Notes: generated by a model not told the origin, from the sequence alone. DNA of 64,000 nucleotides from Gemmatimonadales bacterium (GCA_965249575.1 OZ252244.1:3616001-3680000); one strand, 5' to 3'. Numbered from the stretch's first letter, positions 11,822 to 22,066 are shown. Numbers and translations are program-made.

Positions 11822-12456
11822 TCGTCCACCGTTTTGTAGTGGTGACCGCGATGCTTGGGGTCAGTTCGTGTTGCCTAATAAACCCGCCGCCCCTGCTTCC
11901 GCCGTCCGGTCCAGCCATAGACTCGCTGCCGGCTGAGCAGGATTCCGTCCGTCAGGCCGAAGAGGCCGCACGTGCGGAGGCTGCGCGCCTAGCCGCCGAA
12001 CGTGCCGCCGAGGCGGAGCGCCAGCGTGCCATCGCCGCCGAACGTGCCGCCGACGCGGAGCGGCAGCGTGCCATCGCCGCCGCCCGTGCCACCCTCGAAG
12101 AGATAGTCTTCTTCGACTACGACATGTCGGCGGTCCGCAATGACGCGGCAGCCGTGCTCCGCGAGAAGGTGAACATCCTCCGTGCGAGCCCACAGGTGCG
12201 CCTCCGCATTGAAGGGTACTGCGACGAGCGGGGGTCCTCCGCGTACAACCTCACCCTGGGCAACCGTAGGGCCGAGGCGATACGTCAGTTCTTCACAGGC
12301 GTCGGGCTGTCCGAGAGCCGCTTCGAAATCGTGTCGTTCGGCGAGGACCGACCTCTGGTGCAGGGCTCAAACGAGGGTGCCTGGGCGAGGAACCGGCGCG
12401 TCGAGTTCGTGATCACGGCAGGTGCGAACGCCATCAATCCGCCCGAGACGGGGTGA
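11818..12456 (+). CDS. pal: Pal/OmpA-family peptidoglycan-associated lipoprotein
   Basis: Lipobox-like VSSC, VFFDYDMS, IEGYCDERGSSAYNLTLGNRRA, SFGEDRP, NRRVEF. ATGA overlap with the upstream SPOR frame stop. Confidence 0.88.
   Translation: MIVHRFVVVTAMLGVSSCCLINPPPLLPPSGPAIDSLPAEQDSVRQAEEAARAEAARLAAERAAEAERQRAIAAERAADAERQRAIAAARATLEEIVFFDYDMSAVRNDAAAVLREKVNILRASPQVRLRIEGYCDERGSSAYNLTLGNRRAEAIRQFFTGVGLSESRFEIVSFGEDRPLVQGSNEGAWARNRRVEFVITAGANAINPPETG
11992..12075 (+). repeat. 2 x 42-bp tandem repeat in the Pal linker (AAERAAxAERQRAI)
   Basis: Units 11992-12033 and 12034-12075 differ at two positions. Confidence 0.85.
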
Positions 12457-12780
12457 CCTCTACCTGGCCCTTCCTCCGGCACGCGGGGGAACCACCGAGC
12501 GCTGGGCCACGCGCCGTGGCCGAACCCCTAACTATAGCTAGCTAGCTGCTAGGCAGTGCGCCTTGGCATATGGGAATCCCCGCCCCAGCGCGACGGTTCG
12601 CACATAGAACGTATCATGGACTGGCCTTTCCATCATGTGAACCTGGAGATTGACAGGAGGTGCTCTGCGGGAGCCAGGAGGTCATCAGAAGATCCGAGGT
12701 GTTTGCATGACACTTCAATGGCTGCTGAATGATCGACCTGGCGGGAAGTCGGCAAGAATCGCGGCTGAGGGGAAACGACG

Positions 12781-13197
12781 ATGACGAACGAAGCACGACA
12801 AGGCGGGGCGATGATCATTCCGGGTCTGCGCTACACGGATGCGCCGGCCGCGGTGGAATGGCTGTGCGCGGCATTCGGCTTCGAGAAGCACCTGGTGGTG
12901 GGGGGTGCCGAGGGCAAGATCGCGCATGCCCAACTCACCTATCGCAACAGCATGATCATGCTCGGCTCGGGTGGTGAGAGGTCCTATGACGGCCTGTTCG
13001 TCCAGCCCGCCGAGGTCGGTGCGGTAACTCAGGCAACCTATGTGATCGTTGACGATGTCGACGACCATTGTCCGATCATGTGTGGGCCCAGGACGGAGGG
13101 ACCTGCAGATATGGGCCAGCGACGGCAGGCTGGCGCGGGCGTTGAAATAGGCCGGCGAAGCCCAGCAAGTCCGCTGCCCTGGTCCCTAAGCGACTGA
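12781..13197 (+). pseudogene. VOC/glyoxalase family protein, 3'-truncated
   Basis: IIPGLRYTDAPAAVEWLCAAFGF, IAHAQL, MIMLGS, YVIVDDVDDH. Family-like sequence stops near 13070 and the DPEGxxW end is missing. Confidence 0.75.
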
Positions 13198-13313
13198 ATG
13201 TCACATATGTAAATCTTTTAACTGCAGCAAGATACGCCCATCGATATCACGTGGATGTTAACATGTCCACCATACAATCGGCTCGGCGTTTTCCACAAGA
13301 TGGTCCAAATGGC

Positions 13314-15189
13314 CTAATACGGTTTTCGCACCGACACCGATTCATTGAAGGCTGAGAAGCTTGTCTGCACGAAACGGCCGGGCGCCATCGAGGTGTGCTG
13401 AATTACCCGATAGCCATCGGTGCTGATCCAAAGTCGGTTGCGGCTGCCGTCCTCCGTGTCGACGAATCCGACGACAAAGGCCTCAATACTTCCGATCGAG
13501 TCCCGGCCGATGAGGAGAACGTCCGTAGCATGATGCGTGAACCGGTACGCCGGCCAGACCAGTGGAGGGACAGACTCGGTGTGCCACATGGAACCGTGCT
13601 TCATGTGCCTGGTCTCGCCGATCACGACTTCTTCGGCATCCCCGGGGTTCCGTTCCCGACGGTGAAACCGGTTGGGAGCAACGAATACCGACCTGGCTAC
13701 CATCGACGTTTCGCCTGTCGACACGTCCTCCTCCTCGACGACGGAGCGCAGGCGGTTCATCGTCTCATCGGCGAAGGCAAGCAACTCGGCGGCTCCGTAT
13801 ACTGGGACTCTCAGCTCAAACGTGGCACTATCGGCAGTGCCAGACGGTCGTTGAGCGAGTACGCGGAGACGCCAGCGCCCGGCGGGCGAGAGATTCACGA
13901 TTGCTCGGAATCCATCTCCGTCGACCGCCATCGTCGTGGAGGACGGCACAGCATCAGTGTGCTTGTCCGGAAGTAGCCTGACTCGTACCGCGTTGTCTTG
14001 TAGATAGTTTCCGCGTTCGTCCTGAACCGTTACTCGAAGTCGATTCGACCCGACGGCGGCCGGATCGAGAGCGAGGGTCACGAGCAGGGGGCCGGCATTC
14101 TGCGCGAGCGTGACTGCGGGCTGGCGGCTATCGCTGCCGGTGGCCTGGAGTTGCGGGGTGCTGTTTGCGGGCGGCAGGGCCGTCAACATCCCCACCGCGG
14201 CAAGAACCAGGACGGCCACTGCGGATTCGGCGCCCAACGAGAGGATAAACCGTCGGGTGAGCCGGTCGAACTCGGGGGCCGCGGGCGTCTTGTCCCGGGC
14301 AAGGGCGGGTCGTACCACGAAGTGATTGAATGCTCCGGGGATTGATAATCCGAGGGCTAGACCGAGCTTGACTAGCAACGAAACGCCATAAGGTTCCGAG
14401 ACGAGCTCAGCCGGTCCCTCGACATGAGCCCAGGTGTGGTAGAGCCCGGTGACGACTAGGAGCTCGACCGAAACGAGCGCCAGAATCGAGAAGCGCCGCA
14501 CGATGGGGCCGAGGAGGGCCGAGACGTCCGCCTCAGGCCAGGAACGGAATCTCGGAAGAACGGCGAAGACAAGGGTAAACAGCCCCCCGACCCAGGCGAC
14601 GGTCGCGCCGAGGTGCAGCCAGTCGATGGTGAGGGACAGCCAGACCGGCGGGGTGCTGCCGGAATGGCCGTTGAGGCTGGTAAAGAGCGTAAGGAAGGCA
14701 CCGACACCTAAGCCGACCCACAGGCGTCCGCGGTCGCTGCTTGTTCCCAACCGGGAAACCGTCACTAGCGCGACGATCAGCCCGAGCCGAGCCACCCACT
14801 GTCTGCCCCAGCGAGTGTCAAGCAGCCCCCCCCAGTGCACCGGGGCTAAGCGCCAACGTCACAGACCCCTGCAGATCGATCGACTGGGACATGAGGCCCA
14901 GGAGCGCCGCGGGAATGAGGGCGCCGGCCCCCCACCGGGAAAGGGTCCAGCACTGGTGGTGAAGACTGGTCCGGAGCCCACGAGGGAGGATGACGGCCAT
15001 GAATAGCAGCGGCCCGAGAGCCGCGGTCAAGCCCAGGAGGTGAAGCCACCGCGCCCCGGCCTGGAGCGGCAACACCTGGTAGCTGTGGGCGGCCGCCACT
15101 CTGGGTGAGATAGTTACGTGCCCGTAGAGCGCGCTCACATCGAGTGCCAACATGGTGCTCAGGACCGCCAGAATGATTTGGCGCGTCAT
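13314..15189 (-). pseudogene. CopD/YcnJ-like copper transport membrane protein with YtkA-like and LolA-like C-terminal domains, N-terminal YcnI-like stub, frameshifted
   Basis: RWLHLLG, SLNGHSG, DWLHLGATVAWVGGL, RRFSxxA, VTGLY, YGVSLLVKL. A G8 tract at 14826-14833 shifts the frame; G7 would read LGGLLDTRWG. Confidence 0.8.
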
Positions 15190-15220
15190 TATACCCTTTC
15201 CTTCGTGAGTGATCTGGGCG

Positions 15221-15251
15221 CCTGGCGGGCACTATCGGATCGCCCGCCAGG
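15221..15251. other. Intergenic GC-rich hairpin between the receptor and the copD-like gene
   Basis: CCTGGCGGGC-N11-GCCCGCCAGG, perfect 10-bp stem with no U tract. Confidence 0.55.
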
Positions 15252-15272
15252 ATCCGTGGCGAACTGGCAGCT

Positions 15273-17597
15273 CTAGAGTTGCCAGCGGGTTCCGACGTAC
15301 AAAGATCGACCGTCCGCTGGCTGTAAGAAGCGGCCGGCGCCGTTGTCCACGCTGGTCGCGGGCGAATACACCTCGTCCGTCAGGTTGCGGAGCTGGAAAA
15401 AAACCGCCGTTTGGGCGCGGGGAATGACGATCTCACGTCGCACGCCGAGCACCGTCCAGCCGTCGTTGGAGAGAGTGTTTCGGCTGTCGAGGTAGTACGA
15501 TCCTGGGACCCACTCGATGGTGGGCGATAGTGAGAAGCCCGAAGGATGTCTAAGGCTCAGCTCCACCTGCACGACGTGCTCGGGTGCCCCTGGGATTTCG
15601 TTGCCATCGAAGTTGGCGTCGTCGACGAAGGTATAGCGGCCGAGGGTATAGGAGGTTCGAAAGCCCACTACGTTGGATCCGAGCGGCGTATAGCCGAATC
15701 CCGCTTCGAGGCCGAGGTGGCGGGTGCGGGTGGCGTTTCGATACGTCGGAACGGTGAAGGGCGCACCAGGGAACGGCTGCACGTTTACGTTGATGATCTC
15801 GTTCTCGAGCTCGATGTCGTATGCCGATACGTCCCAAAACCATCCCGCCAAGCTCCCTCGTGTTCCCGCTTCGAACTGCCAGGCGTCTTGTGCTTCGAGG
15901 TCGATGAAACCTGGAACGGTGAGCGAGTTGAGTTCCAATAGCAGGGGCGGCTCGAACGACCGGCTGGCATTCAGGAATACTTGCCCGTTGACGCCAGGCA
16001 ATTCGAACAGGAGGTCGACCTTCGGCATGAGAGCGGCGAACTAATGCTTGTCGGTTTGGTCCCCGTCGCTCAGGAAGAAATCCTCGGCCTCGCGAAACAC
16101 GCGATCGTACCGAAGTCCGAACGCGGCCGAGACGATTGGCGTTATGCCGAAGACCTCCTCGAGGTATATGCCAACCCCTCCTGCTTTGTCTCGCTGATCT
16201 TTTTGAAGCGCTCCGCTGGCCCCAGCGTTGTTTGCGAAGTGCTGGTTATCGGTCGTGCCAAACGAGGGCTGGAAACCAAGCGCGAACGCGTTCGTGTGGT
16301 CGCCAACCGATCCCGTGTTTTCGTACCGAACTTCGGCCCCAAAATCCCGACTGGTTTGATCCAGAACGCGCAAAATGGGGTGAACGATGTCCCTGAACTG
16401 GCCGTACGGTGCGATTTGGAGCTGATGGGTGGGAGCCAGCTGCGCGCGCAGCTGCACACCCACGTGATGCAACCTGTAGTCGCGACCGTGCCCGTTGGTG
16501 ACGTTGTTTGCGTCTGCCAACCGAGGGTTGCTGGCGAACTCGGCTGCGGTGAGGGAGCCCGGTAAATCTTCACGGACATTCGCGTAAAAGTGGAAGGCAC
16601 GGGCGTCGACGTTTGGTGACAAACGGTAACCGATGTGGGTGTTGACCCGGTCTCGTCCCTGATCGGCGAAGGTGCGGAACCCGTCGAGCTGTGTGTGGGC
16701 GTAGCTGACGTAATAGTCGAAATCTTCCAACACGGCGCCACTGGCGATCTGACCTTTGAGGAATCCGAAGGCGCCACCTTGTGCGAATGCCTCGAGGGGG
16801 CGCGCAGTGTATCCCGTCTTGGTCTCGAAATTCACGCCGCCTCCGAGCGTCGATCCGCCGTATCGCAGGGAATTTCCGCCCTTGTAGACCTGTACGTTTT
16901 CCGCGGTGAGGAGTTCGATGGATTCGAAATCGGTGAAGCCGTCGGCGTTCCGATATGGCATACCGTTTACGAGGACGTTTACGCCCCGAAGGTGGAAGTT
17001 GTTGCGCAGGCCCGATCCGCGAATCGACAGCTGACTCTCGTCCGCACCCCCGAACCGCGGCTGGATGTATACACCGGGAACGAACCGGAGCACGTCCTTG
17101 AAGTTCGCCTGCCGGGTCCGGCGAAGCTCTTCGGGCTCGATGAGTTTGACCGAGCCCGGTATCAAGCGGATCTGTTCCCGAACCTCGGCAAGATCCTCGG
17201 CGCTTCCGATGACCGTCAGCTCGCCCAATCGAACGGCCCGGGGGGTGAGAACGAGTTCCAGAGACGTTCCTGCTTCTCGGGTGAGGGTTAGTTCAGTGAC
17301 CGATGGCGCATACCCAACCCGGCGGGCGAGGATGCGGTAGGTCGCCGTGGGAACTCCCCGCAGCTCGAACCGACCACCCTGATCGGACTCAGCCCGCCGC
17401 TCAGTTCCTTCGAGAATCACAAGAACGCCTTGGACCGGCTGGCCGGTCGGTGTCACAACCCGTCCGTCGATGGTCCCGGATTCCTGGGAAAGGCAAGGGG
17501 GTGCCGTGGAGACGAGCAACAGCGCGACGAGACCGAAAGATGCCAGTACAGATGGGATGATGCGTCGCCGGCGAGTGTGCTGAATTCCTTACCTCAC
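15273..17597 (-). pseudogene. TonB-dependent receptor with N-terminal carboxypeptidase-regulatory-like domain, two in-frame stops
   Basis: Plug motifs LSIRGSG, LVNGMP, VQVYKG, YGGSTLGG; C-terminal NLTD and GRSLYVGTRWQL. The GTG at 17597 (RBS AGGGAG) is followed by TAA at codon 3, then the signal peptide RRRRIIPSVLASFGLVALLLVSTA. A second stop TAG lies at 16041-16043. Confidence 0.88.
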
Positions 17598-17706
17598 GAT
17601 TGATCTCCCTCATGAGAGTGCTGTTCCGACTCAGGCCTAGGACGCAGGGCGGCACCAGGGGTGCCACTCGACCCGGCCTGGAGCCGGCCGCCAGTGGTGG
17701 ACATGG

Positions 17707-18129
17707 TCAGCACGAGGGCGGGGGAGGGACGGCGTAGGGAAGCTGGTGCGGGGGGCGGCCCGGGAAGCCCGTTTCATCTCCGAAGAGCGCGAGAATCCGC
17801 CCAGGAGGGGCGACGTTGAGCTCAGCCGATTCTCCCACCGGAGCGGCCGTGGGGATCGGAGCCTGGCAGGGCCCGATGCATCGGCAAGCGTCGTCGTCGC
17901 CGGCGTGGTCGTGTGGCTGGGGCGTGTCTGAATGGGAGTGGTGTAATCCCGGATCGACGCTGTGGTTGTTGATCGGGTGCGTCCGTACTGAGCCCGTGAC
18001 TCCGGCCAGGTAGTGTGGGCACTCATGGAGACCGTAACTCCCAAGCCCACCGGCCGTTGGGGAGATCAAAATGGCGAACAGCAACGAGAGCGGCCGCCGG
18101 AAGCGCAAGGCGGACGACACGGCTCGCAT
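17707..18129 (-). CDS. Small exported His/Cys-rich protein with polyproline C-terminus (candidate arrest/leader peptide 1)
   Basis: Signal-like N-terminus, ECPHY, His-rich tract, CRCIGPC, C-terminal PGRPPHQLPYAVPPPPSC. Shares motif order with the neighbouring ORF. Confidence 0.75.
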   Translation of the reverse strand: MRAVSSALRFRRPLSLLFAILISPTAGGLGSYGLHECPHYLAGVTGSVRTHPINNHSVDPGLHHSHSDTPQPHDHAGDDDACRCIGPCQAPIPTAAPVGESAELNVAPPGRILALFGDETGFPGRPPHQLPYAVPPPPSC

Positions 18130-18319
18130 CCCCTCTCGCGACCCGCGGATGGGAATGGCTACTGTCCTTGAACGGAGCGCTAAGACACGCGCTCCCAATT
18201 CGAAACCCTGCACGGACTCCCCCTAAGACCTGACATGACGTCCGAAGGCGGCGCTACCCACACCACCGGGCACGCGCGTTCACCTTCGCGTGTTCTGCTG
18301 ACCTACCCGTCGAGGAGCG

Positions 18320-18709
18320 TCAGTAGCCTTGGGGAGGTGGGATGGCGAAAGGGATGGAATGGGGTGGCGGCCCAGGAAGCTCCGCGCGTGCCTCTGTGCC
18401 CCGCTGGTGCGGCGGGACTGGGACCGTCGTTACGACCTGGCGTGGCGTGGCCTCATTCAGCGCCACGGAAGTGGGCGAGTGGCACGGACCTACACAGTCG
18501 CAGGGTTGGGGTGTGCCGGTGTGGTCGTGCTCCGGCGAGCGTTCAGGTGTGCCGCTCGACTGGTGCTGGTGGTGTCCTTGCGGCGGTTGACCTGCAGGCA
18601 GCACCTCGTGATGCGGACACTCGGAGCCCCCGCCGACCGCCTTCGCGCCAGAACCGGCGAAAACGAGCATCGTGAGGATCGAAATAAGCCGAAACAATCG
18701 AAGTTTCAC
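18320..18709 (-). CDS. Small exported His/Cys-rich protein with polyproline C-terminus (candidate arrest/leader peptide 2)
   Basis: Signal-like N-terminus, ECPHH, His-rich tract, CDCVGPC, C-terminal PGPPPHSIPFAIPPPQGY. Confidence 0.75.
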   Translation of the reverse strand: MKLRLFRLISILTMLVFAGSGAKAVGGGSECPHHEVLPAGQPPQGHHQHQSSGTPERSPEHDHTGTPQPCDCVGPCHSPTSVALNEATPRQVVTTVPVPPHQRGTEARAELPGPPPHSIPFAIPPPQGY

Positions 18710-18830
18710 CTGAATATGTCTCGCCCGCACAATAGTTAACATTGACGGTAGCGGCCGAATTGCCGATGCGCAATCCCGGTGGTCGACCGCGGATGGAATG
18801 CATTCACTGTGAACAGGTTATGGACCGGAC

Positions 18831-19391
18831 GTGTACCGACTGCCCGTTGCTGATGTTCTGACCGCGCTCGAGGCCTTCGAACCCAATGGGAAGAACGAGC
18901 GGCGCAGCCGCGATCTGACGCTCGCCCTACTCCGTTCGTCCGATCGGCCCTTCGATCGCGGAAACTTCGCCCCTGGGCATGTGACAGCTAGCGCCGTCGT
19001 GGTTGCTCCGGATGGAGGGTCCGTGCTACTCGTATTCCACCGCCGCTTGGAGAGGTGGCTGCAGCCGGGAGGGCACGTGGAGCCAACGGACGGAACGATC
19101 CTGGGAGCCGCCACCCGGGAGCTTGCCGAAGAAACCGGGCTAGTGCTTGCGAAGTCGATATGCCCCGGTCCCGTGGGACTGGACGTCCATCGTATCCCTG
19201 CCGCTGGCGGGGAGCCACCTCACTTGCACCATGATGTCGTGTTCGGCTTTGTCGGGGGCCCTGATCCGTCGGGGCAATCGCCGGAAGGACAGAAGGTGGC
19301 GTGGTGCCCCGTGGCCGACCTCCAGCGTTGGGGGGCGGATGGCTCCGTCGTTCGATGCTCCGGGCGCGTGATCACCGGGCTTCGGGCTTAG
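18831..19391 (+). CDS. NUDIX hydrolase
   Basis: GHVTASA, HRRLERWLQPGGHVE, AATRELAEETGL, HLHHD. Confidence 0.9.
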   Translation: MYRLPVADVLTALEAFEPNGKNERRSRDLTLALLRSSDRPFDRGNFAPGHVTASAVVVAPDGGSVLLVFHRRLERWLQPGGHVEPTDGTILGAATRELAEETGLVLAKSICPGPVGLDVHRIPAAGGEPPHLHHDVVFGFVGGPDPSGQSPEGQKVAWCPVADLQRWGADGSVVRCSGRVITGLRA

Positions 19392-22059
19392 CCGCCGGAA
19401 CGACGGGACTCGACCTCCGGGAGTGCGGCTTGCGCTGCCGCCAGTTGGGCGACCGGGACCCGGAAGGGCGAGCAGGAAACGTAGTCGATCCCTTCCCGAT
19501 GGAAGAACGTCACGGAGCGAGGATCGCCGCCGTGCTCGCCACAGACTCCGATCTTGAGGCGTGGATTTCGTGCGCGACCCTGTTCGATCGCTTGGTGGAC
19601 CAGCTGGCCAACCCCGTCTTGGTCGAGCGTTTGGAAGGGGTCGTCAGCGAGAATTCCCGATTCGATGTAGTAGGGCAGAAACCGGCCCGCGTCATCGCGT
19701 GATAGACCAAACGTGGTCTGCGTGAGATCGTTTGTCCCGAACGAGAAGAAATCGGCTGCGCGTGCAAGCTCGCCGGCGGTGAGCGCTGCTCGGGGCAGCT
19801 CGATCATCGTTCCCAGGAGATAGCCGATCCGCTGCCCCCGATCGGAGAAAACCCTCTCGGCAATTCCGCGGACGATCGCTGATTGGCGCTCCAGCTCTTC
19901 CACATGCGCCACCAGTGGGATCATGATCTCGGGATAGACGGCTATGCCCTGACGTGCAACCTCGCAGGCGGCCTCAAACAGGGCCTCCGCCTGCATCTCG
20001 GTGATTTCCGGAAACGTGATCCCCAGCCGGCACCCGCGATGTCCCAGCATGGGATTTGCTTCCGTCACCAGATCGATGGCTCGGCGCAGGCGTTCGTGCG
20101 GAACGTCCAGTCTGTCTGCGAGCGCGACGACCTCAGCTTGCGTTTGTGGCAGGAACTCGTGGAGCGGGGGATCGAGCAGGCGGATCGTCACCGGGAGACC
20201 GTCCATCACGCGGAAAATCTCGGCGAAGTCCTCGCGTTGCATTGGTAACAATTTCAGCAGCGCTCGGCGCCTCCCCTCGAGGTCCGTCGCCACGATCATC
20301 TCGCGCACCGCGAGGATGCGGTCATCCCTGAAGAACATGTGCTCTGTGCGGCAGAGACCGATACCCTCCGCCCCGAATTCACGCGCACGTCGGGCGTCTT
20401 CGGGCGTGTCGGCATTGGTTCGCACCCGCAGCGTCCGAAGCTCATCGACCCATGACATCAAATGATTGAACTCGTCGCTGACGTTGGCGGTCACGAGCGG
20501 TACGCGGCCGAGCAGGACCCGGCCGGATGACCCGTCGACTGTAAGCCATTGACCTTCGGACAGTGCCCGACCGTCGATCTGAAGGGACTTGTTCGTTTCG
20601 TCGATATCGAGCTGTTTGCAACCGGCGATGCATGCCTTGCCCATGCCGCGGGCGACGACGGCTGCATGGCTCGTCATGCCGCCTCGTGCGGTCAAGATCT
20701 CTTCCGCCGCCACCATACCGTGAAAATCGTCGGGACTCGTCTCCCGACGGACGAGAACGACTGAGTCTCCGGACTCCGCGAGCGCCACGGCGCGGTCGGC
20801 ATCAAACACGATTCGCCCCGTTGCCGCTCCAGGCGAGCCAGGGAGGCCGGTTGCCAGTAGGGTGGCTGCGGCGTCGGGATCGACGGTCGGATGTAAGAGC
20901 TGATCGAGCTGAGTTGCCGGGATGCGTCGCACCGCTTCTTCCCGGTCGATGAAGCCCTCGTCGACCATATCCACGGCAATCCGTACCGCGGCTCGCGTCG
21001 TCCGCTTGGCGTCCCGGGTCTGGAGCAAGTAGAGCGTGCCGCGCTGTACGGTGAACTCGATATCCTGGGCGTCGCGAAAGTGATTCTCGAGTCGCTCGGC
21101 GATCTGCTGGAGTTCGCGAAGGGCATCGGGAAAGTAATCGGCCATTCGCTCGATGGGTTCAGGATCTCGGGTTCCTGAAACGACATCCTCGCCTTGCGCG
21201 TTCAGCAGGAACTCACCATACAACCGGCGCTCGCCCGTCGCCGGCGCTCGCCCGTCGAAGGGTCGCGCGTGAACGCAACCCCTGTGCCGGAATCGTTCCC
21301 CAAGTTGCCGTAGACCATGGCCACGACGTTCACCGCCGTGCCGAGTTGGTCCGGGATCCGGTGTACTTTCCGATAGTCCACGGCGCGTCGCGTCTGCCAG
21401 CTTTGGAACACGGCCTCTACTGCGCCCCAAAGCTGTGTCCACGGCTCTGTCGGAAATGGTGCGCCGGAACGACGCTCGACGATGCCCCTGAATTCCCGCA
21501 CGAGTCTCTGGAAAGCCTCGACATCGAGGTCGATGTCCCTCGACACCCCGTGCTTTCGCTTCACCCGATCAAGCACCGCCTCGAACGGATCGGTCCCCGC
21601 GTCAGCCTCGTGCGGTCCAAACACCACGGTCCCATACATTTGAATGAAGCGACGATAGGAATCGTAGGCGAACTGCGCGTTCCCCGACCGTTGTGCGAGT
21701 CCGAGGACGGTGTCGTCGTTCAAGCCGAGATTCAAGATGGTGTCCATCATCCCCGGCATAGAGACCGGTGCACCGGACCGTATAGAAACGAGGAGCGGAT
21801 TGGTGGCGTCGCCGAATCCCCGCGCGGTAGCGTGTTCGAGGTGCTGCATGGCCGTGCGAACTTCCGATTCCAGGCTACTGGGGAGTTGATGATCTCGTAG
21901 AAAGGCGCTACACACCCGAGTGGAGACAGTGAACCCCGGCGGCACGGGCACGCCGATCGCGGTCATCTCGGCCAGGTTAGCCCCTTTGCCGCCGAGCACG
22001 TCTGCCATCTCGGCGTTTCCGTCCGCCCGCCCGCTCCCGAAGAAGAAGACGTCGGGCAC
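19388..22059 (-). pseudogene. ppdK: Pyruvate phosphate dikinase, frameshifted by a 17-bp tandem duplication
   Basis: LGGKGANLAEM, SMPGMMDTILNLG, NAQGEDVV, RGGMTSHAAVVARG, SFGTNDLTQ, CGEHGGDP. The two ORFs join when one repeat copy is removed. Confidence 0.93.
21224..21257. repeat. Perfect 17-bp tandem duplication inside ppdK
   Basis: CCGGCGCTCGCCCGTCG at 21224-21240 and 21241-21257. Confidence 0.95.
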
Positions 22060-22066
22060 TATGGGA

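Noticed and set aside
1660..16043. In-frame TAG codons in hsdR and the TonB receptor as evidence of amber recoding
   Set aside because: TAG ends many intact genes here (trpD, lexA, trpC, mutase), and both interrupted genes carry other lesions, so simple nonsense mutation is more likely.
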